Assembly: GCA_964016885.1 (NCBI GenBank)
Contig: OZ024743.1
Coordinates: 233,182,001-233,246,000 of the forward strand
Length of the DNA stretch: 64,000 bases
Reading direction: 5' to 3'
Origin: Eledone cirrhosa
Taxonomy: Eukaryota
Part shown: piece by piece, positions 41,150-54,846 of the stretch
How the letters are laid out: the number at the start of each line of letters is the position of its first letter
Numbering within the stretch: the stretch's first letter is position 1
Position numbers and translations under genes: made by a program
Notes under the pieces: model-generated
What the model was told of the DNA's origin: nothing
The model's database searches: none
What the model saw: the letters and a program-made list of their open reading frames with translations, nothing else

Positions 41150-42517
41150 CTTGAAAAAATAAAACTACCAATGCTATTGTCCATGACATGCACAAGATAA
41201 AATAAATAAACTTAATAACTAAAAAATAAATAAATAAAATAAATTCTTTCATAAATAATTTTTTTCTTTTATGCTCATTTTTCTATACTTTAATACTTTT
41301 CTTTTAAAACTTTTAAAATATTTAAAATGTAGAAAACAAAAGAAAAATATACAAATTGTGAGAAATTTCCATCAATTAAATAATACACTCTTCCAATCAT
41401 CCCTCACTTCATCCTCTTATCACCCACCTAACAAACAAAATTCCTCTGAAAACAGGAAATTAAGAAAACAATATGAAATCACTAAAATAAAAATAAGATA
41501 AATTCCCAGCGATGAAAAAAATAAAAGGATAAAAAAAAATAGGAACAAAATGTGAAAGGGAAAAAAAATATGGCCAAAAACATGTTGGTAATTGATAAAT
41601 TGCAGTCCATGTTGATACCTTTTATAATTATCACACACATATATATATATATATAGGTGAACATGTGATGAAACAAAAGGAAAAGGAATCAATAATCTGA
41701 AGGGATCAAAGAAACTGTTTCCATAAATCTTTCCATCATTGATATTATATGTCCCTCACAACCCCTGGCAGAAAGAAGCAGAATTCGAACTCAGAGCAGA
41801 GAGCTGGATCAGATACTGCAAAACATACTGTCAGACTCTTTAAAAAATTTATCAACCCCGAAAGTAGGAAAGTCAAATTTTAACTGAGAACACAAAGTGT
41901 CAGAACAAATACAAATACCGAATTTAATGTTCCACAGATGATAAACAGTAGCTGAATTAAAAACTCTAGAAATAATAGAGCATGTGTTTATTATTTGGTA
42001 GAATAACAAACATTACTGAAATACAATAACAAGGGGAGGAGGATTGTTTTGTTTTTGTGGGGGTTTTGGGGGGACATCTTTTAAGTGGGTTTTTTTTCTT
42101 TTCTTTTCTTTTTTTTTTTGTCTGTAAAGATCTAAAGACATGAAATTAAGTCCACTGAACCAGAAAATCATTGAACAAGACAAATATACAAAAGGCTTAA
42201 AGGAAATTTAAACCAAAACTGTGCACGTAAAGAGTGAAGAAAAATAATATATATAATTATATATAAATAAATCACTGAAGCTAGTGAATTCTTATAAAAC
42301 AAAATAAATATATTGATCGACTAAACTGCATTTCAGAGCAACTTTTAAAAAATATTTCACATAGAAAAAATACAATAAGCAAAAAATTGCAGCAATGACA
42401 ATAAGAGCAAGTGAGCGAACAAAACTGAACGACTGAATAAATGTGAAAAGTGATAAAGAGAAAGAAAATCAGCAAAGGAAAATGAGAGAAAGTGACAGAG
42501 CGAGAGAGAGTTTTTAC

Positions 42518-42643
42518 CTCCAGAGAGGGTCTTCACATTTGTTAGTAGAGGAGCAGCAGTTAAGCGCTTAGTTTCACCATTTTCTGCTGGGATTTTCACC
42601 AGACAGGCTTGCGGTAAGGTTGAACTTTTAAGAGTTTCTTTCT
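42518..42643 (-). CDS. MYCBP2: Candidate 126-nt cassette exon KETLKSSTLPQACLVKIP...KTLSG, phase 1-1
   Basis: tttttcaag| acceptor, GAG|gtaaaa donor; open in the required frame. Confidence 0.6.
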
Positions 42644-43666
42644 CTTGAAAAATCAGATGGAGAGAATCATGATGAAGGAGAGACATAGAAGAGAAATAAT
42701 TTTTCTGTGAATTTTCTTTACAATGGAACCATGAGAAAATGGAAACTGTGAACAGCATATGGAAACCAGTAGCCATAACCAACATTCCAATGATGACAGG
42801 GATTAAATAGATTGATTTGCATGGAACAAACACACTATATGGAAATGAACCTTTTGGTCATGTCCTAACAACATATTTATTAAGTATTATTATACAGGGT
42901 GGAGTAGGGAACCCAACTTGCCTGCCATTTTCTTCAAAAGTTATGGCAGCAACTAATCAAAATCTATGATAATTATCTCATCACAGACAAGAAAAATAAT
43001 GATTGGAGGAGTGGAAAAAATGGAAAACATTAAAAAGAAATATTAATATAAACGAAAAACAATCAAAAATAAAATCTGAAACAAAGAAGAAAAAAAAAAA
43101 AAAGAAGGAAGGAAAAGAAAGGAAGAAAGGAAGAAAGAATGAATGAAAAGAAGAATAGCAAAATCTCATCTAAACTCAGTAGATATTGCATAAGATACAT
43201 GGATCACAAATATAGTAAATATTCTAACAAAAAGTTTGACCATTTTAGAATAGAAATCCACTTATGTGTCTTTGAGAGTGTGTCTGTGTGAGAACATCTG
43301 TGAAATGAGTATATGACAGGAGCAAGAGGCAGTCACCTGACCTGGCATTGCCCACAACAGGACAACTCGTCTAACCCATGCTAGCATGGAAGAACGGTCG
43401 TAAAACGATGATGAAGATGATGATAGGAGAGATTTAACGCTTTTTAAATCAAACCATCTCTTGTTCTATGAGACAATTCTATTTATTTTGAGGCGTTTTT
43501 ATTTAACTAAAAACCACATACCTTAGTTTTATGTATGAACATTTGTTAAGTTACATTCCAAACACCAACTTAATGAGAACATACCAAATTCTTAATTTTA
43601 AATTATTTGAAAATCATAGGCAGTACTTTTCATTAGAAATATGATGAGGGTAATTGCCTAGTCTGA

Positions 43667-43715
<49 letters not shown>

Positions 43716-43926
43716 CAGCTGTTATCAAAGTTATTATTGTGAAAGAGAAAGAAAAGAAGCTGTTAAAGAAAATACAAGACAAAGCTAGAGGAAGTGAGAT
43801 AGAGTGAGTAAGACAGGGGAGAATAACTCCTGAGCAAACGATGATGAAAGTAAAAAAATAGATACACACAAAGGCAATAATCATTTATCAAAGTGACATA
43901 AGAAAAAGCAAGAGTGTGTGCGTTAC

Positions 43927-43941
43927 TTCTGACAGGACCCT
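43927..43941 (-). CDS. MYCBP2: Candidate 15-nt microexon (E)GPVR, phase 1-1
   Basis: tcctttaacactcctttcag|AGGGTCCTGTCAGAA|gtaacg; branch-like tttaac upstream; frame-neutral. Confidence 0.5.
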
Positions 43942-44719
43942 CTGAAAGGAGTGTTAAAGGACTGCCCCCATGGGTGGACGAAGAAAAAGAAGACACTTTC
44001 ATGTTTCAGTGCTTGGAAGGGGAAAACATATTGTACCTGTAATTCAATGGTCCAGTCGTGTCACACACGCTGAATCTCCCTGAGAACTAAGTTAAGGGTC
44101 TGTATGGCTGTAGAAGCTACATGCACATTAATTTCATGAACAGACTGTTCCTTTAGTCAAATAACTGACACATTTAACAGAACCACCAGAGATCCTACAC
44201 ACACACATTTCTCTCTCTCACACACATATACATATATGTGTGTGAAAAAGAGAGTGGGGCAGGGTGGGGGATCCAGGATACCCAACAACATCCTGTTTGT
44301 TATCAGAGAGATGAAAATACCAAAGAGAGAGAGAGGAAACATTAATACCATATGCAATAGAAAGTAGATTAGCAAACAGAAGATCATTCTCTTGCAATAT
44401 AAACCCAAAACACTGGGGAAGCAAAATTAAGAAAGAAAAAATAAAATAAATCTGCAATAAATTCAAACCCAAACTCTGTTATGTCTCATACAAAAAAAAA
44501 AAAAATATGACATTTTAAAAGAAAATGTTTCTGCCACCAAATTTCTGAACTATATGGAAAAATCAGTAGATAAAACAAAATAAAACAAATTAAATGATAA
44601 AAAAAAAGAAAAGAATTGATGGCATCATACATCTAGATCAAATATAAAAATACATAAACAATATGACTCAATACTATTGAGCATTGTGTTCCTTGATTTT
44701 TCAACTATGAATTTTCTAC

Positions 44720-44761
<42 letters not shown>

Positions 44762-44920
44762 AACAAATTATCGTTATAGGTAATCCAGATAGAGGTTGTG
44801 AATACTCCGTATTGTGGATAGTTTTAGCATACGGTGTTGTTTGACTCAACAAGAGGTTTCCTTAGGTAGCGAGTTTGTGAGTTCTCGGGAGTTCCTATGC
44901 AAGTTAATCTTGGAGTAATA

Positions 44921-45183
44921 ATAGTGAAAGAGTGAAAAATAACATGGTCAACAGTACAAAAAGGGTTTTATTTACAGTATTAACAATTGTTTCATTGATT
45001 AAGTTGTCTAAAAATTACTAATCACATGTGATTAGCAATTTTTGCTAATTCTTGTGATTAGCAATTTTTCTATTTCATGTGATTAGCAATTTTTAGACAA
45101 CTTAATCAATGAAACAATTGTTAATACTGTAAATAAAACCCTTTTTGTACTGTTGACCATGTTATTCTTCACTCTTTCACTAT
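44921..45183. repeat. Near-perfect foldback palindrome, ~108-bp arms
   Basis: 44921-45028 is the reverse complement of 45076-45183 with ~2 mismatches. Confidence 0.93.
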
Positions 45184-45792
45184 ATATATATGTAAAGTAT
45201 TTCCGTAGACAAGGTAAAGGAAAGAAGAGTGCTCTATGTATAGTACAGAGCTATTTAATTATGTAATAAACAACATAATATAATTATTACATTACCCAAG
45301 GTTTCCCAAAGACAGGCAACCCCAACAGAGGCGTCTGAAGTCGTTCATCAGAAGGAAAATTTAATATATATATATATTGGGGTTGCCTATATTTATTAAA
45401 ATAACAGATTAACAAATATTTGCTCTACGGTTCTTATATATTTGATATATATTTATCCTTATCGAGCCCTCTTTGGATTTTAGTCTTCAAATTTATTATT
45501 ATTACTATATATATATATATATGAGAGGAGGACAAACATTCATATAACCCCACCCTGGAGAGATAAAAAGCTGTCAAACATCAATCTGGAAGTAAGATAT
45601 TAAAACAATAGTGAAAATAATATCAATGCTTGTTTCTAATGAATGCACAAGGCCACAAATTTTAGGAGGAGGGTGGAAATTCAGTCTAGACAGGATTTGA
45701 ACTCAGAATGTAAAGAGCCATAACTAAATACTGCAAAGCATCTTGCCCAACATGCCAACTATTCTGCCAATCCACTGCCCTACTGATGATGA

Positions 45793-45850
<58 letters not shown>

Positions 45851-46110
45851 TTAAGCACAAGGCCAGCAATTTGGGGGGAGAGGGAAAGTCGATTAAATCG
45901 ATTCCACTTTGTTACTGGTACTTTATTTTATCGATCCGGAAGGATGAAAGGCAAAGTTAACTTTGGCGGGAATTGAACTCAGAACATAAAGGGCCATAAC
46001 TATATTGCAAAGCATGGTGTCCGATGCTCTACCATTACTGCCAATCCACTGTCGTAATAATAATAACAACAACATAATATTTAAAGAAATAAAATGACAG
46101 CAAGACATAC

Positions 46111-46530
46111 CTAGAGCTTTGACAAGTTCTTTTACAGAGAAACCTTGTAATTCAGAGTTTACATCTGAAGGAGGTGCTTCTTTCTTGGTAGACTTCTGCG
46201 AGCCAGGTGTTGGCATGCTTCCATTCATCTCGGAGGTTTTCACTGACTTTGATCCACCACCCATATTACCGCCACTTCCTTTGTAGCTACCACCACCAGA
46301 ACTTTGTCGGCTGTTCGCGTAGTCATTGTGTTCCTTCATTGCCATGAAAGACAAGCCAGTCTGTTTGGTGTCACCCAAGAATCCATCCGCGCGACACACT
46401 AACGGCCCATTGAAATGGTCGGACGAGTTTCCTCCTCCTCCATACCAACTGGCACCGAAACTGGAACTTCGCTCGTGCGTGTGATGCTGAGGTTTTTGAC
46501 CAAATACTGTGGAATCGTTTCCGGAGAAAC
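46111..46530 (-). CDS. MYCBP2: MYCBP2 exon GFSGNDS...FSVKELVKAL, phase 1-1
   Basis: 420 nt open; ctctag| and |gtatgt; Gly/Ser-rich, ends in ELVKALG. Confidence 0.88.
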
Positions 46531-46924
46531 CTAGAGAAAGAAAAAAAATCAGAAAATATGAGAACACTGCAGCAATAACATTTGTTAATTCTCCCCACCA
46601 CCACCAACACTTCCTCTCACTACAATTTGTACCTGAACAGTTTCTCAGTTCCAACTTGGTATGGTTTTTATAACTTCATGCCCTGCCTGACACCAACCAG
46701 TTTATGGTGTACTGAATTCATTTTATTATGGCGCCATGATTAACACTTTAGAGCACACAGGGCACATTGTAGTGCCAGCACTAACACCTTACAGAGTGTA
46801 CAGGATGCATTTTATTGTGGCACCAGCACTATTTCATAAAATTGTTTTGCTGTTGTAATCACTTTTTCTTCATTAAAATAACTTACAATGTACACAAGAA
46901 GAGCAGAATATAAAGAATATAAAC

Positions 46925-46978
46925 CTGTAGGTCCAAATGAGAACATCCGTGCAGGCCAGCTTGAGCTACGACCAAAAC
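46925..46978 (-). CDS. MYCBP2: 54-nt symmetric exon GFGRSSSWPARMFSFGPT, phase 1-1
   Basis: ttttcctatcag| acceptor, CAG|gtttat donor; open in frame; GC-richer island in an AT-rich intron. Confidence 0.7.
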
Positions 46979-47929
46979 CTGATAGGAAAATGAACAGAAT
47001 ATATATTCTATGAAATATTTAAAGCATACAGTTGTATGTGTGTATGTATATTTTATATAATATATAATATAATGAAAATTATTGTGTACAGTGCTCAGGT
47101 GCACTACAACTCATCAAAGGTGCATGTATAGTGCATAGAATAATTGTTTCTACTTTTGGCACAAGGCCAGCAATTACCCCAGTGCATTACTAGTGCTTTA
47201 TTTTATCGGCCCCATAAGGATGAAAGGCAAAGTCAACCTCGGTGGGATTTGAACACAGACCATAAAGGGCTGTAACTCTATGCTGCAAAGCATGGTGTCC
47301 AACCCTCTACCGATACTGCCAATCCACTGCCAATGAAAATTAATTAATGGATCAGTAATTGTGTAAGAAATATGATATTTAGGTAAAGAAGTTGAAAGTG
47401 ATCTAAGTGGAAAGTAACTCCTGAAGGTGAAGATTGAAGATAACATAGACAGAAATAATGTAAGTTGATCTCAGAATACTGAATATTACAATGGACAACA
47501 GCAGTAGAGTGGTAGAATCATTAGAATGTAAAGATCCTTAACTAAAATCTGTAAAGCAATTTGTTTAAATTCGTACACTTGAAAAGTAAATCTGTCTAAC
47601 GCTTCATTTTTAGATATTCTAACCAAATGTCTGTCATAGCAGAGCTGTGATCTCTCAACAAACTACACACTCCAATGAGTAACATTCCTCCAAAGATCCT
47701 TCAGAAGAACACCATCTGAGCTACTTGTATTTGCAAACAAGACAGTTGGACAACATGTATGAGCTCAGCATGTTTCGCTTGGGCATCCAGCCAGACCAAT
47801 TGGAGGCAGTTGCTTATGACAGGACTCACTGGAAGGCATATTTAAGGACACTGCCCCCACAACCCTCCTATGCAAAGGTGGGCGAAGAAGAAAATAGACA
47901 CTTGAAAAATTAAAAAAACGTTTGGTTAC

Positions 47930-48197
47930 CATCACTTTTCTGGCCAAACATTGGCAATGTGTTGTACTGGGCCATGGAAAAGTCGAATCCTTTAGCAGAA
48001 TTGGTGGGGAAAGTATTGAATGTGAAAGGGTTTCTTCTGCCAAAGCTTTCGTTGAAGGATAAATTGGCTTCATGTTCCAAGTAGACAATGTCGTCGCGAT
48101 CACGAGCCAGAGACCAGGCTTCTCTTTCCGTTAGATGACAATAGTGGGATATGCTGTCAGTGTCCAGCTTTACCCAAGTGCCATCATGGTTTGTGGT
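47930..48197 (-). CDS. MYCBP2: MYCBP2 exon TTNHDGTWVKLD...EAWSLARD...QKSD, phase 0-1
   Basis: GTWV-LD and EAWSL motifs; ttacag| and |gtaacc. Confidence 0.92.
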
Positions 48198-49190
48198 CTG
48201 TAAAATTTTAAACAATAGATAAAGAAATATAATTTATTAATAAAGTTAATAATAACAATAACAATAATAATGATTTCTACATTAGGCACAATGCCTGTAA
48301 TTTTGGGGAAGGGGAAAATGAACCACAGTACATTACTGGTGCTTTATTTCATTGACCCCATAAGGATGAAAGGCAAAGCTAACCTCGGCAGGATTTGTAC
48401 TCAGAATGTAAAGGACCATAACCCTATGCTACAAAGCATAGAGTTATGGCCCTTTATGTTCTCAGTTCAAATCCCACCGAGGCTAGTTTTGCCTTTCATC
48501 CTAATAGAATGGAGGGCGAATTGTATGATGCATGAATGCAAACAGCAAGGCTGCATGGTAGTGGGACCTAGGTGCTATGTGCAGAGGACCTAAGAAGATT
48601 TGAAAGAAATGAAACTTGCATGTTCGATGGATGTGTAATAGTAATATACATGAACAGCAAAGCATAAATGAACTAAGAGAGAAACTGGGCATAACAGGGA
48701 TCAGATGCAGTGTGCAGGAGACATGATACGCATGAAGGATGACAGCTGTATAAAAAGGTGCAGAACACTCAAAATTAATGGAAGTTATGGAAGAGAAAGA
48801 CCTAGTCAAGCTTGGGATGAGGTGATAAAAGCTGACCTCTCAAAGGCGATGACACAGGTTTGAGATTTCTGGCATTATGCAGTAATACAGAAGACCCACC
48901 TTCACATATGCATGGGATGAACGACATCTAGTGGTCTCTAGTAAGCACCACTTATCCCCCACCCCCACCTCTTCCATACTTCTCCCATGTCTTAACACTA
49001 CCCTTCATCAGCTAAGTACCTTAGTATTCGTTTACATTCCAGTATATTGTTTTACAGAATAAACAATAACACCCTTATTCTATTTGTATCCCATAAAAAT
49101 GGCCTTGTCGTTAGTCGAAAAGCACCAGTAGGTTCTTTGAAAAGAATTTAGCTTTCTGCTGTGTCAAGTAATCTTCACCATCTTCTGCCC

Positions 49191-50403
49191 AAGTTGTTTA
49201 AAATGTTCATGTCTGCTTCATCTGTTAGTACTACTTCTACTGTCATCATTTACAAGTGGAATATCCATCCAGGATGTGACAGTTGGAAGGAGAGAGGGCT
49301 AGACCAGTACTGGACTAGTACCTTTTTTTATCAACCCTGAAAGGATGAAAGGCAAAGTTAACCCTGGTGGGATTTGAACTCAGAATGTCAGACAAATTGC
49401 TTTGCAGATTTTAGTTAAGGATCTTTACATTCTAATGATTCTACCACTCTACTGCTGGCATCCATTGTAATATTCAGTATTCTGAGATCAACTTACATTA
49501 TTTCGGTCTATGTTATCTTCAATCTTCCTCATCAGGAGTTACTTTCCACTTCTTTACCTAAATATCATCTTTCATACACAATTACTGATTATTGTCATCA
49601 TTTAATGTCCATTTTCTATGCTAGAATGGATAAGACAGTTTGTCCCATTAGAAGCAAGTTGAGTCAAGGAACAATATCTTGTTTATACAGAACTGTTTCT
49701 GGCTTTGTTTCTATGGCTGGATGCTCTTCCTAATGCCAACCACATTTACCATGTGTGGTAGGTGCTTTTTGTCATGACACCTACACAACCACCTTTACAG
49801 TGCGGGCTGGGTGCTTTTTGTCGTGATACCTAAATGCCCACCTTACAGTGTGGGCTGGGTGCTTTTTGTATGACACCTACATGACCAAATTATAGTGTGA
49901 ACTGGGTGCTTTATGTTGTGACACCTACATGACCACTTTACAGTTAATTTTCATTATTAATTATTACATTATCTATATTATAGTATGCTACTGTTGTAGT
50001 TGTTTTAAAGTACCAATAACACACTGGGTCAATCTAATCGATTTCCCCCACCCCTCAAATTGTTGGCCTTCTGCCTAAATCAGAAAGCACTACTATTATT
50101 AGTGGTAGTAATAATAGTAGTAAAAGGTCAAGCAGTACTTACATCCTCTGTTGCTGTGAGCTGGTTACCTAGAACTAACATTCCTATTGGTGTGGCTTTC
50201 TTACTTGGCCGACATCTAATGTTGTGGCCGGAAGAGCCACATTTGACCACCTGATAGCCACCAGGTCCACCTGAAATAACAATATACAATGTTACAATTA
50301 GTATTCAATGTAATCACCCTCTCACACATTCTTATATATATATATATATATATATACATTTACAGACACACAGAGATAAACACGGATACACACAGAAACC
50401 GAC
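49191..50403 (-). repeat. Inverted duplication arm containing the functional exon 50143-50270
   Basis: Reverse complement of 55875-57285. Confidence 0.92.
50143..50270 (-). CDS. MYCBP2: MYCBP2 exon GGPGGYQVVKCGSSGHNIRCRPSKKATPIGMLVLGNQLTATED, phase 1-0
   Basis: Hand translation matches the MYCBP2 GHNIR...PIGMLVLGN motif; tttcag| and |gtaagt. Confidence 0.93.
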
Positions 50404-51169
50404 TGACACACACATATAATTGTTTCTACTTTTGGCACAAGGCCAGCAATTACCCAGTGTATTACTGGTACTTTATTTTATCGACCCCGTAAGGATGAAA
50501 GGCAAAGTCAACCTCGGCGGGATTTGAACTCAGAATGGCAAGGGCCGTAACTCTATGCGTCAAAGCATGGCGTCCGACCCTCTACCGATACTGCCAATCA
50601 ACCTCCATCAATTTTGACAAGTGTTCTTGGTTTTTCTTTCAATCAATAGAATAGCCTGCTCATGAAATTATTAACATGTAATTGGTAGGGCATTCGATAG
50701 ACTCTCGTACCATTAAACTAATTCTCAAGGAGACCCAGTGTGACAAAGCTAGCACTATGAATTATAGGTACAGTCCATATGACAAGTTTCTAAAGAGTTC
50801 CAGTGAACCCAATTTCACTTAGAAGGTAAGGGTCAACATAACGATTTGGAAAATGTCACTTCCCCACGATGTCCCACAGTGGATTTGAACCCAAGATTTA
50901 ATGATTGTGAAGCCTTTTAACCATTTGGCCATGCTGAGTCCACACACATTATCATACATATATAAACATACAACAACAATATCATCATCATTGTTTTCCA
51001 TGCTGCTTTATGGTTGGAAGGTTTGTTAGACAAGACAGACAACCACATCTTGCTTATACGGTCCATTTTAACATGTCTGCTGTAGCTAGGCACTCTTCTT
51101 AATGCCTACCATTTTACAGCATGTTCTGAGTATATCTTATTGTTGCATCCACACTAATTTTATCATGGT

Positions 51170-51740
51170 ACAATTACTACCACATTACAGAGTGGGTTTG
51201 GTACATTTTACTGTGGTACCAGCACTACCACCTTACAGAGTGGACTGGGTGCATTTTATGTGACAAGCACTACCACCTTACAGAGTTGACTAAGTGCATT
51301 TTACTGTGGTACCAGGACTACCACGTTAGAGAGTGGACTGGGTGCATATTACGTGACAAGCACTACCACCTTACAGAGTTGACTAGGTGTATTTTACTGT
51401 GGTACCAGCACTACTACCTTACAGAGTGGACTTGGGTGCATTTTGTTGTGGCACAAGCACTATCTCCTTACAGAGTGGACTTGGGTGCATTTTGTTGTGG
51501 CACAAGCACTATCTCCTTACAGAATGGACTGGATGCATTTTATTATATGACAAGCACTGCCACCTTACAGAGTAGACTAGGTGCATTTTACTGTGGTACC
51601 AGCACTGCCACCTTACAGAGTGGACTGGGTGCATTTTACTATGGTACCAACACTACCACCATAGAGTGGACTAGGTGCATTTTACTGTGTTACTAGCACT
51701 GCCACCTTACAGAGCAGACTGGGTGCATTTTGATGTGGCA
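51170..51740. repeat. ~47-bp tandem repeat GCACTACCACCTTACAGAGTGGACTGGGTGCATTTT...; related array in opposite orientation at ~4000-4320
   Basis: About 12 units; the unit also occurs inside a dispersed repeat (~250-540, 49590-49945). Confidence 0.85.
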
Positions 51741-51916
51741 CGTATACACATAAAAAGATGCATATATAAATGTACAATACTACTTTGGTAAAGAAAACAC
51801 ATTGGATAATGCAGTCCAGTGTAGAGGAGGGCCCAGCTGAAATGTCTTTGAGCTCCACTTGGATCTAAACAACAACATCAACAAAAATACAGTCAAGAAT
51901 TAAATATGGCAACAAC

Positions 51917-52142
51917 CTTTACGAATTCTGGATTCTTGCACAAATTCTGGTATTTTCCTCAGCAAAGTTTCTTTAATAATTTCATCAAGAATGGATTTTG
52001 GTTCCTCAATGGGAATGAGAAGTGTTTTACCAAGATGTTGGTTGTACTGCAGACACCAAGCTTCTGTAAAGCCATTCACACCACACCATTCTTTAATACT
52101 CTCACCACTAAGTCTCACCCACACACCATCATCATTGTGAAT
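51917..52142 (-). CDS. MYCBP2: MYCBP2 exon IHNDDGVWVRL...EAWCLQYNQHLGKTLL...RIRK, phase 0-1
   Basis: Conserved HNDDGVW and EAWCLQYNQHLGK motifs; ttacag| and |gttgtt. Confidence 0.93.
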
Positions 52143-53039
52143 CTGTAAAATCAAGATGAAAAAATATATTTGGGGAGGGTCATGCTGTCCTAATATTTCC
52201 AAAAAATAGTAAAACATACTCACTGTTTGGTTTGGTTTGGTTTGGATTTTGCTTCAGAATATTTATATAAATAATTTAGCTGGCAATCAATGTTTATCAT
52301 TGATTGACCAACAGTTAAAAATATAGATATAAATGAAGAAAAAATATATATAATTGATAAATTATGATCCTGTATGTGTGTAAATACACAAAGTGAATAA
52401 GTGTGTATAAATTCACTAAGTGTGTGTGTGTGTGTGTGTGTGAATGTGGGTGGATATGCATATGTATATAAAGACACTAAAATGTATATAAATGCACTAA
52501 GGTTGAGTGTATCATTATATACTGTCACGCAATCTGCTAGAAATAGACTATGTATATAAAAGCAAAGACACATTGGATAGTGTGTGTATGTGTGTTGTGT
52601 CTGGGTGTGTGTGTGTGTGTGTGCATGTGCATGCATGCTTGCATATTTTTGTGTATGTTGGACTTTTGTCAGTTCCATGAATTAGTATTCCAGTTGCTGA
52701 AGTCATCACAAAAATGGCAGAGAATTCCACAGACTCACATTCTCTTAAAGTAGTTCTCAGGGGACTCAGCATGACAGTGTCTGACAAGGCTACTAATTTT
52801 TTCCAGATTCTTGGACTAGAGCAACAAGAAATAAAGTGTCTTTTTCAAGGACACAACATGCTGCTAAGAATCAAACACTTAACCTTACATTTGTGTGCAG
52901 GACACCCCTAATTACTAAGCCACATGACATCACATTGAATAATATACTCCTAGATACACTAACTCTATATAAAGCAAAGGATAGTTGCATCTGGAATGTC
53001 TTTTATCAAATGTCTACTCAATGAGGTTCTGACATGAGT

Positions 53040-53265
53040 TTAACCCTTTAGCATTTACATTACTCTATATTTACTTTTATATTTTCAAGGTAAAGGCTTT
53101 ATTTCACATAAATATCTCGCATACTATCGAATCTGTGAGATTTTAATATTTATTTTGAGAACAATACCTTAACATCAGTATGCATGGCCAGTTATGGCCG
53201 GTTTGAACAGAAAGAGGGGTGAGGATTCTGACTGGATACAGTCGGTTTAAATGCTAAAGGGTTAA
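53040..53265. mobile_element. piggyBac-type MITE (~225 bp); other copies at ~4660-4868, 28897-29118, 30938-31167, 33635-33858, partial 2598-2710
   Basis: TTAA-CCCTTTAGCATTTA...TAAATGCTAAAGGG-TTAA terminal inverted repeats; shared internal sequence. Confidence 0.85.
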
Positions 53266-53403
53266 ACTATTATATTCTAAACTGGTTGTCACTGTTAATA
53301 ATTCTCATCATTTGATTTTGTTTGAATTTCTAGGAGGAAGTTTGAGCAATACTAATTGACTTGAAGGAAACTAGAGTAAAAAGCAAATCAAAGAATTCTT
53401 TAC

Positions 53404-53520
53404 CTCATCTACAAAAGAAATGGTTCCATCGGGTCTAATAGTTCCTATTTGCTCACTTTGTAGAGATGGGTTGATACGAATCCGAAGACCAGCACTGTTT
53501 TTCCCAACAAATCGACGCAT
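53404..53520 (-). CDS. MYCBP2: MYCBP2 exon MRRFVGKNSAGLRIRINPSLQSEQIG...FVDE, phase 0-0 (absent from ORF track)
   Basis: Hand translation; SAGLRIR-xx-PSLQSEQIG is a MYCBP2 signature; taacag| and |gtaaag. Confidence 0.93.
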
Positions 53521-54846
53521 CTGTTAGAAAAAAATGAAAAAAAAATATTATTATTATTGTTGGTATTCCTAGGTTTCACTTCAGTGATATCCCCTTTCCT
53601 TTACTTGATGTAAACCCCACTTTGTGTTGTGTTGTCTTTGACCTTGTTTTCTCTCCAATGTCCTAGGCCCCTTGTGGCCAATAAAAGAAATCATCACCAT
53701 CATCACCATCATTTCTTTGACAACTTCATATGAGCTCCTACTACATCATCTCGTACACTTCCTCAAAAATACAAATAGATGGGAGGTGGGGGAGTATATT
53801 CTTCCCCTGTTACTGTACAGACTGCATCATTTTTGTTTTTTTAAAGGGGTTTAGCTTGTTGTTTCTTACATTACACCTACTGCAGAGAAAGTGCACAACA
53901 GCCCTCAATTATTAGCATGCTGTTTCTTACATTACACCTAGTGCAGAGAACAAAGTGTACAACAGCCCTGCATTATTAGCTTCTTGTTTTTTACATTACA
54001 CTTAATGCAGAGAAAGTGCACAACAGTCCTCCATTATTTTTGTTTGTTTTGTACATGCTAAAGAACTACCATACTCAAATAGATCTGGAAATCCCTAATA
54101 TATATCAATATTGCAATAGCATTTTCAGTGATGCCCTGAATATCTTATACTTACATAATCTAAATATGCTGGAGCTATGATACAACTCTGTCAAAGTGTC
54201 AGAATGCATTCAATTTGAATTGCAACATTCAACACGATGTGGACAGGGACTCTGTAATCTATAGCAAAGGCAACCCATATAGGACAGCAGGAATTCTATA
54301 ATACACCCAGTCCCTGCTGTAATGGTGCTAAGAAAGACATCCAGCCAGAAAAAAAAAAAACATGTAAAAACCATGCCTAGCACAAATTTTATTGGGGCAA
54401 CCACAACCCAAACAGGATTCTCTTGGCATCAACAATGACAATCTAAGAAATCTCTCTTGAAATACTTTCAGGACAGGAATTGAGGACTCCAAACAGTCAT
54501 GGTTAAGCAATGATACTGATAACCATTAACCTTTTGTGACTATATTTCTAATAAAAATACACTATTTCAATTCATTAATGAAACATTCCCCTCAGCACCC
54601 CCTGGCTTTCATTTCCTCCCCCACCTATAGCCATGTTTTTCTTAGTCTTCCCCTTCCTTTACTTCCTTCCACATTCATTTCTACATCAATTTTCTCTCCC
54701 GGTCACATTCATACTTCCTCAACACATGACCTAACCATGAAAAGCTTTTGAGAAAATGATAAAAACAGACAAATGGAAAGAAAGAAAGTCCAAATTAAAG
54801 GAAAAAATTGTGTAACAATGAATAAAAGAAAAACCTCAATACCCAC

